From the NCBI GenBank assembly GCA_009103225.1, contig RHPI01002368.1, positions 140,248 through 164,052 of the forward strand: 23,805 nt of DNA, written 5' to 3'. A program made the position numbers and the translations under genes. This DNA is from Chlorokybus atmophyticus (taxonomy: Eukaryota; Plantae; Mesostigma and Chlorokybus algae). The notes beneath the pieces were generated by a model that searched no databases, had not been told where the DNA came from, and worked only from the letters and a program-made list of their open reading frames with translations. Shown here piece after piece: positions 1 through 8,689 of this stretch. Within the stretch, counting starts at the first letter, position 1. The number at the start of each line of letters is the position of its first letter.

Positions 1-435
1 AATGACACGCACATGTAAGCATGCGTGCATGCGCCTGCTCCATAACTCACATTTGCCGGGCACGTACAGGATCATGCATGATGGTGCTGGACGGCACGTT
101 GGTGTGTGCGTTATGTATGTGATGGCTGCATTGCGCACAGCTCTGTTCGTACTATACATGTGTACCACGTATGTGCAGACATGTGCCTGCTCAAGTGCAA
201 GCCAGTTGGAAGTTGTGCGCAGCCCAGGTTCTCAAGCTCATGCTCCACTTCCATGCATATCATGTAGCACGTGCTCAGTCACACATACCAAAACACACGC
301 ATATGTATGCACACCGTGCAACAGCATATTTCACTGTCCCACACCCACGCACACATGCGCCGAGTAAACAAGCTTACATGCGCGATCACCGTCGCTGGCA
401 GGCCGCACACGCAGGAGGCGCAGCACTCAGTGATA

Positions 436-460
436 ATATATATATATATATATATATATA
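436..460. repeat. (AT)n microsatellite
   Basis: 25 bp of perfect AT alternation; it explains the IYIYIY stretches in the short ORFs here. Confidence 0.95.
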
Positions 461-885
461 GCACAAGGCTGAGGCAGCAGGTAAGAAATTAGTGTGATTG
501 CGCGCATGCGTGCTCAACAGCATGTGCTAGTCGCACTGATTCTGCTAGTATCATTGGCATATATAAGGGCTAATTGCAATTGCAGCTTATGTTACAAAGA
601 GTTGACGCTATAGCAATGTCGTACTTTTGGTTTACTTGTCAAATCAACGCTGTACCCTCTTTATTTTTACGTGCATGCGTGGTTGTTGCTTGCTGTTAGC
701 GTTGGGTGATTCACGGCCTGATGGTGTGTATGTGTGGCTTGGGCGTCAGCAGGCCAGCATACAGGGCCTTGGGAGATTGCATGTGCTTGTGTCCAGGTGC
801 ATGCTGTTGATTAGGCTTGCAACTGCGACGGCGGCGTTGGTAGAAGTTCACGGCCATGCCTACGGGCAAGCAACCGCCAAGCCCT

Positions 886-925
886 TGGTCATGCTGGCCT
901 GGTCGCTACCAAGCCAGCATGACCA
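886..925. repeat. Hairpin / inverted repeat at the left flank of the transposon-like cassette
   Basis: TGGTCATGCTGGC (886-898) is the exact reverse complement of GCCAGCATGACCA (913-925). An inner TGGT/ACCA pair closes a 4-nt loop. Confidence 0.85.
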
Positions 926-1150
926 GGTCAGCGGCGTAGCCTGGTGCTCTTGGTATGCAGCGCCATGCCGCCCGCCAGGCCACCAGCAGCGGCGGCCTAA
1001 CGGCGGTCAGCTGCTGCGTAATTGCTGCATCTGACCGCAGTTAGCCGCAAAATTATAGTTAAAGTTAAGTTGTCAAACGCCGGCCAGTCTCTCATGCTGG
1101 TCCGGCTGTAGCCGACCAAGAAAGCTAAAAGACCGGTTAGCGCACCACAC

Positions 1151-1432
1151 ATGGTCCCTACAAACTCATGAAACATTGTAACCAGGCATGGTCCTTACCT
1201 ACATTGATCATCCAAACGAATTTTACCCAAGGGACCAGTCCTGGTCCCACTTATACCCGTTTTTGACCGGGACCAGCCCTGGCCCGGTTTTTCGGGGGAC
1301 CGTGGGACAATTACGTATTGTTGAACCAGCCCTGGTCCCCACGTGCAGACCAAGGGGGGGCAGCCCTGGTCCGGACCCGAAGCCGCCCTGGCATTTTGGC
1401 CCTAGTCCGTACGTGAGAACCAGGGCTGGTCC
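1151..1432. repeat. Array of palindromic GRACCA-N4-TGGTCC motifs (subterminal-repeat-like)
   Basis: Copies at 1232-1247 (GGACCAgtccTGGTCC), 1270-1285, 1323-1338 and 1417-1432 (reverse-oriented spacer gggc), a partial copy at ~1361-1373, and half sites ATGGTCC at 1151 and 1188. Confidence 0.8.
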
Positions 1433-1540
1433 GTGGAAAAAATTCCGTGTGTTTGAGTGCTGTATGCGCATGCAGCAGGGGTCACCACCTGCCAGCGAGT
1501 CATCAGAGGAGCTGCCGCAACCCGCATACGGCCATCAGTC

Positions 1541-2805
1541 ATGCTAGGTGGCCAGCTCGCCTCATGGGACCACTTCAATGCGCCAACGGATGGTAATTGC
1601 TTCTACCATTGTGTATTTCGCGCCAGGCCGTCTATAGCGTTTGCTTCTACCATTGTGTATTTCGCCCAGCTCGAGCAGATTTTGGGCCATGCTGGACACC
1701 ATGGACGACGACGGCAGGGGGGACACTCTCCGTAAAATCACCGCCAAGGCTGTCGATGCAGGCGTGGCGAGCAGAATCCTAGACCTCTGTAGAGCCACTG
1801 GTGCCGCGGAAGAGATGGCGCAGTATTACGACAAACCACCTGCGACCATATTGGCTGATGTCAATTGCAACATTGAGCTAGCCATGGCCAAGGTGCGACA
1901 GATCGTGCAGAGTAAAGATGTGTATGTCGAGCACCTGCAGATGACCATGTTTGCCAACAAGCTGGGCTTGTTGATTGGCTGCGTGACCGTTCAGCGCAAG
2001 CATGGGTGGTGGGTGCCTTGGCCCGGCAGCGCAGTTTGGGTTGGAAATAACAAAGCCCCCAACTCAACTCAACTCAGTCCTGGTGGTGGGCAACACTGCT
2101 CTTGATGAGCCAGAAGCACACTTTTGGCTCCTCAAGCCTGCAAGCACCAAACAGTGGTCGTGGCCTATGCATGAAGTGCCACCGGAGGTAACATACCTGA
2201 TCGGAGAGTGGCGGAATGGCGTTGCCAACTCCCCGCTACCACCGGCTGTGACCCAGAGTGCTGCGCCAACGCCTCAGGCCTCGTCTTCGTGTGCTAAACA
2301 AGAAGTAGCCGAGTGTTCTGCACATCCTGCCTCCCCTCAACGACAGCCACATTCTCGCAATTGAAATTCAGCACCCTCCCTTCCTGCCGCGGAGACTCAC
2401 TTGCCACCGCACTCTGACCATCCGGAGGCATCTCCATTAAGAAGCAGCTGTAGCTCGCCCTCTCCCTCTAAGCTTGCCACATTGATCCCAGCTTGTCTTG
2501 TTGGTAAAGAGACTGATCGAGGTGTCCTGAAAGCTGCGCTGAAAGACAAAGGCTTCATGCTTGACCTCATGAAGCAACATGAGGTCGTGAAGGAACGGGA
2601 GGCAACCAACAAGCGCAAGGCTGTGAAGCAAGAAGATAACGCCTTACCTCCTCTGAGTGACAGTGCCACGCAGAACGCCTGCCAGGATGTGCAGGTTGAC
2701 AAAAAAAAAGAAAAGAAGAAGGTTGTTGGAACAAAGGACGCTGACAGGACCAAACAAGGAAAGGTGAGGCATCGTTACAACGTTACAAGAAGCACAGCGC
2801 CTTGA
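1541..2805 (+). pseudogene. OTU-family cysteine protease (deubiquitinase-like) with low-complexity/basic C-terminus, frameshifted
   Basis: Catalytic Cys motif APTDGNCFYHC (DGNC at 1589-1600), helical core ...YVEHLQMTMFANKLGLLIGCV..., and candidate catalytic His in EAHFWLL (His codon 2119-2121). The frame is broken by a 25-bp duplicated insert (1641-1665), extra AACTC units (2061-2075) and an in-frame TGA (2362-2364). The start codon is uncertain. Confidence 0.7.
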
Positions 2806-2845
2806 AGCCTCACTGGGGTTGACTGTGTGTCCTGAGTAGGCACAG

Positions 2846-4130
2846 GCGGGTTTACAACGTCAAGTGGCTGCTTAGCATCGTCCAGAGAGAGCCGATGCGG
2901 CACGAGCTGCCTAAGCTCAAGCACCGACGCGCAGACGCTTTGAGGGGCTGACTCGTAGTGCAAAGGAGTTGATAGCCCTACCATACGCCCAAAACGCGCT
3001 GCATCACCGCATGCGGCATGCCTCGAGGTGGGTGACGAAAGTGTGCAATAAGTGGGAGCAAACGCGGAGAGTGCAGTCTAAACAGACCTCTGGGGATTGG
3101 CCGTGGTTGGAACGCATACATATGATATGGCCATCCGTAGTATGTTGTTGCCCCTCGCCGTCCTTGATATGATGGTGTTTTTGCTGCCGCAGCAACCCGG
3201 CAATGTGCAAGAGCTATCCGCGGAGCAGAACTTTGACCTGCTACAGCAGATGTACCTGTCGATGTCGACTGATGCGGGTCGAGATGTGTGCCACTACCTG
3301 AGCAACATACTGGGTGGCAAGTAAAACCATTTGAGCTGTACTTGGCATGCTTTGGCTGGCAGTGGCTGTATATCATACGGCACGTCGAGCTGATTCTGTG
3401 GAAACTCGAAGAAAATGACGATGTGGGGGAGTACACGAATGACGACAGCCATGTCGAGGGCCTGGATAAACGCATGCTGGACAAGACCACCAAGACCAGC
3501 AAGTGCTGTATGGCGGCAGACGGGCAACAGGTGATCAAGCAGGCAGTGGAGCGTTATGCTGCGCCAATTTGGATGGGAGTCGCTACGCCTGCAACGCGAT
3601 AACAAGGTTTGGTGGCAGAGGCACCTTGCACGACCGCGTGCACCATGTGTGCTGACTTGTCGCATTGAAGAGCCCCCCCCCCCCAGCGGATGGGGAGACG
3701 CCCTGTTGCAAGAAAGCGATGTGCCATGTTTGCATCATAGCACATCAGAAGACTGTGGCAAATAAATTAAAGAATCTACAAGCGTGTCCCTTCTGCAAGC
3801 AACCTCACCCCTTTTGGTCGCCACGCCTAATGCAAGACGCCAACGTGTCGACGGTGATTTGGCCCCCACCTTTATGCCAATCGTGCATGTATTGTAATTT
3901 TGTGTTGGCTGCCTGTGAATCATGTGGGTACATGTATAGTTGCAGCATGGTGCATGGTGCACCCGAGATCTGCTGTTGTCAGAAGCATTGGCTGTACATG
4001 TGTATGATGACTGCCCGGCGTATGAGTCAGTGCATGGCTTGCATACCTCGCTGGTTCAGAGCATGGTTGACAGCCACAAACTCAGACAGCGCTCTGGGTT
4101 CCATGGCATGACAGCACAGTATTACTCTAC
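2846..4130 (+). pseudogene. Degenerate coding region ending in a RING-type zinc finger (3646-3796) plus further Cys clusters
   Basis: Joining frames across the C12 run (3673-3684) gives CVLTC-RIEEPPPPADGETP-CCKKAMCHVC-IIAHQKTVANKLKNLQA-CPFC, the PCC..CxxC..CPxC spacing of RBBP6/Mpe1-type RINGs. Upstream pieces read as protein-like in alternating frames. It is unclear whether this is one gene with the OTU region. Confidence 0.55.
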
Positions 4131-4163
4131 GATCGTGGTAGTTTACGAGTATCCTTGTACTGT

Positions 4164-4238
4164 AGTACCATTAACGGATGGAGTACCATTCATGCTGATG
4201 TAGTACCGTGCATGGGTTTGCAATAGCGTCCATGGTAC
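4164..4238. promoter_or_regulatory. GTACCA(TT) motif cluster upstream of the Tudor-MTase gene
   Basis: AGTACCATT at 4164-4172 and 4182-4190, AGTACCGTG at 4202-4210, reverse copy CATGGTAC at 4231-4238. A regulatory role is inferred. Confidence 0.45.
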
Positions 4239-4357
4239 AGTCGTCCTTCACTTGAAGTTTAACCCATTTAAGTTTCGTAAACTGGCAACCCTGAATTGAT
4301 GCCCATACCCTAAAGTCTCGCTCAGTTTGTGGGCAGCCGTGCCGATTCCTATTTTGC

Positions 4358-6084
4358 ATGATGTTGGCGGCAGCAGTTGAATCCCCCTCACTTAGGAGAC
4401 CATGCTTGGTGTGCCCACAATGCAATGCGTATGTATGTGCCAATGGCCGTAGGCAGCAAATGCGAGCACACTTGACCGAATGCCAGCGAGTGCAGACAGT
4501 GTGCCACGATTTTAGTGCTGCTTGCTGGCATCACACCACACACAATGTCGACATGTTTAGCTGCCGCCTTGGCCAAGTGCTGTGCAAAGAACCCGAGTTT
4601 TGCCATTGCGTGCAGTGCGTGTGCAAATCGTGCTCGCGCTCATGCTTCGAGTGGCGAGGGGAACCCATGCGCTTCTTCACATGGACAACACCGTGACATG
4701 TGATTAGTGGACATGTCGTGGATGCTGTGGAGGTAATTCGGCAGAGTGGACCGCGACGTATCACTGCATGTTATGTTGGGCGTATGCTTATTTCATGCAT
4801 GTTGAAGCTGTTGTCGCATTCAGAGCAGTCTTCCACGGTGTGGGTGTGGGCAGTTCCATCCCCTGGCCGTTGTAGAGGAGGCAGACCATCGACCGTTGGA
4901 CAGCGCACTGAATCGGCTGCGGAACGCAGTTAAGTTGGGATGCGAGCAGCTAATTGGTGTGAGTGTCATGATGCATTGGCCGGGCTAGATGGGGAATGGT
5001 ATGCGGGCGTTGTGGAATCATTTAAGCAAGCGTCAGGTCAGCATCGCTTCGTGGCGTGCGAGATTGAGGACGCATTATATATGCATGGTGCAATGGAAAA
5101 TGTCTTTGCAGGGCAGCACCGTATACTATTCGATGACGGTGATCGACCACAAACCATCAACTTCAAAGGGCACAACGTATTCGCGTACACATCAGTTGAC
5201 GGGGCACGCCATGTTCTGCGCGCCCGAGGGGAGAACGTCAGTCGCAGAGTCAGCCCGGACGGCATCATTGTTAGTCCCTGGCCAGCACCACGGCCAGCCT
5301 TGACCACATACACGCCATTTGACAACAAGCTTGGACGCACACGCAGACCAAGGGCACTCAACCTATTCTGCGGCGGTGGCGGTGCCAGTGTCTATACCAC
5401 GCAGGCTTTGACGTGACCGGGATGGACATAAGTCCCTCCTCTGAGTACCCGCTGCCCTTCATACACAGCAATGTATGCACCCTGAGTGCAGGAGAGCTGA
5501 GCGAGTACAAGCTCATTTGGGCCAGTCCACCATGCCAGGCCTATTTGGGTGCTATTCCGGCACCTCAACGGGCGGCACATGGCACATCCTGGAGACACCA
5601 GGATATGATACCACTCATTCGACGTCTGCTGCTTGCAAGCCAGGTCAAGTTTGTGATTGAGAGTGTGCCAGGAGCAGCTTCCTCATTCAGACCCAATCTG
5701 TCTCTTTGTGGCACGATGTTTGGCCTATCAACTTTCCGACACCGTCTGTTTGAGACACAGCGAGTTGTAGCTACCCCACCAGCACGCTGCTCGCACGCGG
5801 GCAAGGCAGTTGAACTGCTACCGCCGCACCTGTCCGCTAGCGCGAAGAAGACCATTGTGACATCAAACGCGCCACAGCAAATGTACCCGGTCTATGGCCT
5901 TCTAAGCACCAGGGGCGGCATTGCTGCGTGGCAAATAGCGCTGGGAGTGCCATGAATGACCTCGGCCGTTTTCATAGCGAATGCAGTTCCTCCCGCAATG
6001 GCGGAGTGCATAGGGCGTCTCATGCTTGAAACAATGGATATGCGCTGTGACTACCCTCCTGTGTCATGGAACTATGAGGCTTGA
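4358..6084 (+). pseudogene. Zn-finger + Tudor + C5 cytosine DNA methyltransferase fusion, degenerate
   Basis: N-terminal Cys-rich region (CPQC..AHLTEC). Tudor IGVSVMMHWP(G)LDGEWYAGVVESFKQASGQHRILFDDGD. MTase motif I ALNLFCGGGG (5354-5383), GFDVTGMDI, motif IV IWASPPCQ (Cys 5533-5535), motif VI VIESV (5659-5667, ENV expected), RHRLFE, motif X IANAVPPAMAECIG. Lesions: stop 4694-4696, frameshifts ~4780, ~4870-4890, ~4983 and ~5390, stop 5953-5955. Terminal stop at 6082-6084. Confidence 0.85.
5037..5111 (+). other. Predicted 75-nt in-frame intron inside the Tudor domain
   Basis: GTCAGC...TTTGCAG. Removing it deletes a 25-aa insert and gives contiguous ASGQHRILFDDGD, the normal Tudor spacing. Confidence 0.65.
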
Positions 6085-6287
6085 GTGTGGTGCACTGTAT
6101 TGATGCTTAATGCCACACGGCGGATTGATTGTTGAATGTTGCATGGCACATTTGATTGTGGTGACAGTTGTGCAGTGACAGCTGCCCGGTATTGTACACG
6201 TCCACATGCAAACGTCTTAGCATACGATTAACAATGCCTAATTGACTGATATGCTCCAAACTCAGAGTAGTGAGACAAGTACATGTG

Positions 6288-8206
6288 TCACGTGAAAGTG
6301 CAGTGAACGTTCACCCAATACTTGCCCTCTTGTACACGGGCGCTGTCCTTGTCAAACATGGGGAGCAGCTGGACAATGCCTTTTACTTGCTCCAGAGTCA
6401 CGACATCGAGATGTGGACCGCCTCGACGCTTTTCCCATTCCAGAGCGATGCACTTTGTGTCGCTCGTCACATCCAGCTTCGTGTACCAGCGGACAAACAC
6501 GACCTCCTTCCACACGCGCTCGCCGCTACCACCCCACACCACCACGCGCAGAAAAAGGAGTGCCTGAGCCCACCACGTCACGTTCACACCGTCCTCATCA
6601 CCTTCCAACTCAAGTGTAGAGAACCAAGGCCGCCCATGGAACATCCCAGTGCGCGCGCCATGCTGACTCCAGATGTAATGTACACCGCTGCGCCTCCATT
6701 CACCACGCGAACAGCACGCCACCCATCAGCCAACTCCAGTTGTTCCCTCCTCAACCAGCTGTCCAGGGTGGCAGGCAGCTTGTCGGCGAATGGAGTCTTC
6801 AGGGCGACTTGGCGGCTACGCGCAGATCCGCTCCAGTACGGACTGGACTCCCTCCTTGTTAGCACATCCATCTTTAGCAACTTGTCCGTCTTCTCCATAA
6901 CATTACAGCACTGCTGCCGCGCCTGCGCCATGACCGAGCGCATCTCGGGATCCACGACCATGCCATCCTCTCTCACATATTCCGCATAGCTCCATGCCTT
7001 CAGGATACGTGCATGGTAGTCCCGGTTGTTGCCACCACGCGCCCACCGTTTGATATTTTGGGCGTGCGTCTGCTCCATGCGGTTGGCGCTGAACCAATGT
7101 GGGTGTCCACTGCTGACAATTGCCGGCCTAAAATAAGTGAGCTGATGCATCTTCTCGATCTTTCAACCTGACTTCTGATACATGTCCCAATTGTAGTTGG
7201 CAAGCGATGCCATTAAAGGGTAGCCAGAGCGCTTGCCCTCGCTGACCAGCGTTGCCACTGTACAAAATGGCAGGCGCTGAGTAGGTTGCTTCCCCCACCT
7301 CTCTCCTCAAATTCATCTCCACATCCTTCTACCAATCGCCCGTGGAAGGATGGCCAAAGCTGTGCTCATCACCACTGTACTGGAGATTGAAGCCATTGGC
7401 GGCATGTGGATTGCCATACAACCGCGCGAGCCACATCTGCTCCGACCAAGAGCATTAACAGGCATGCTGGCCTCAGAGTAGATACTACATCGATGCTGCA
7501 TTAGGTACTGCATTTTACAGACCTTGGCCGGCATATATGTGACGCTGGTGTCCTGATCCTCAGGGTCTCCAGGCTTGCGCAGGTCAGCCGTCACGTAGTT
7601 CTGATACGGCAGCACGCTCGCATGTGCATATGTGCCATAGCTATGACGGTTGAAGCACATGCACCGCACACCGTGAACACACCTCAGACTGAGAGAAAGC
7701 AATTGTTGTCCAAAGGTAGCTGGCCACATGCACACCGGTCTCCCACTGGAGCTCTTCCGTCAGGAGGTGTGCATTTCGGATGCACTTGATGATCCGCCCC
7801 ATGTTGCAGGCCGACAGGCCTTGGCCGCTGTTGCACTGCACGAATGCCACTGCAAGAGCATGCTCGAGCCATACCACCTGGATTTCGACGCGTGCGAAGG
7901 GACGCCTCCACTTCCATGTTGGCGTGCCACAGGTTTCTCAGGCACACGCACACATCGAAAGCCCTCGTTCACTTCCTCCTCCTCCTGTGACTGCTGTGCG
8001 TGCGTCTCCTGGAGGAATCCTTCAGCATCAAGCATGTGCGCATCCTGGATCGAACTCCCCGGTTCAACATGACCCGCATCGTACTGTAATGGACGCTGGC
8101 CGACATACAGCTTGATGTTTTTGCACACCCTGCTGCTAATAATGTGCATGTAGACCGAGCTGCGTGTGGCGAAGCGCATGAGGCAATACGGACAAAGGAC
8201 TCTCAT
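6288..8206 (-). pseudogene. Plavaka-type (CACTA/CMC-related) transposase, frameshifted and internally deleted
   Basis: N-terminal C2HC finger CPYCLMRFATRSSVYMHIISSRVC. Core LARLYGNP..HPSTGDW*KDVE..APAILYS(D)ATLVSEGKRSGYPLMASLANY. Then KIEKMHQLTYFRPAIVSSGHPHWFSANRMEQTHAQNIKRWARGGNNR. C-terminal MFHGRPWFSTLEL..WAQALLFLRV..VFVRWY..LEQVKGIVQLLPMF..YWVN. These match the motif order I recall for Plavaka transposases. Confidence 0.8.
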
Positions 8207-8270
8207 ATCACACTACTAACGTCGACACACTTGTCGCAAATGTAACCTGCATCATATCCAGCAACACGCA

Positions 8271-8312
8271 CCGCCGCCGCCGCCGCCGCCACCGCCACCG
8301 CCACCGCCACCG
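8271..8312. repeat. (GCC)n followed by (GCCACC)n compound microsatellite
   Basis: ccgccgccgccgccgccgccaccgccaccgccaccgccaccg, just upstream of the transposase ATG on the - strand. Confidence 0.9.
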
Positions 8313-8365
8313 CTAGCCTTGCATGCCAGTGGCGGGAAACTTGGCCGCCATTCACTGGCTCCGTT

Positions 8366-8566
8366 GTACCAGAATAATGGTACGATCGAGCCATTGCACG
8401 TCAAGGGTGAGTCTCTGCATATATATCCTGATTAAACCGTTTCAATGGTACGAAGATGCCTTTGCCAAAAAGTACCATTGAAATGGTACCTTTGTACAGT
8501 GGCAATGGCAGTTCATACCATTGACAACATTGACAAGGTCAGTCCCTGCGCATGAAAACACCATTG
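8366..8566. promoter_or_regulatory. Divergent intergenic region with GTACCA-N6-TGGTAC palindromes
   Basis: Palindromes at 8366-8383 (spacer gaataa) and 8472-8489 (spacer ttgaaa), half site AATGGTAC at 8444-8451, and several CCATTG/CAATGG copies (8391, 8503, 8518, 8561). It lies between the transposase (-) and the orphan gene (+). Confidence 0.55.
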
Positions 8567-8689
8567 ATAGCTCCGCCAAGCTATGCCCTTACAGGGGCGT
8601 GATGCCGAGGGTATGTGGCATTTGCTGAATCGTTGGCGGCGCTGCCAGGGGCGTAGTGGGCATTGTGGTTGAGGTCCGGGATAAATTCC

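Noticed and set aside
1-500. ORFs at the window start and a possible exon ending at CAG|GTAAGA (480/481)
   Set aside because: Low-complexity CA/TG-rich intron-like DNA; there is no acceptor or coding evidence to support a gene model.
1188-1547. 119-aa Pro/Gly-rich ORF upstream of the OTU region
   Set aside because: It mostly overlaps the palindromic repeat array and has no recognisable domain. Only its last ~25 codons might belong to the OTU gene.
5953-7331. TGG-to-stop changes (5953 TGA; 7329-7331 TAG) as evidence of methylation- or RIP-like directed mutation
   Set aside because: Two events are too few; a substitution spectrum against a family consensus would be needed.
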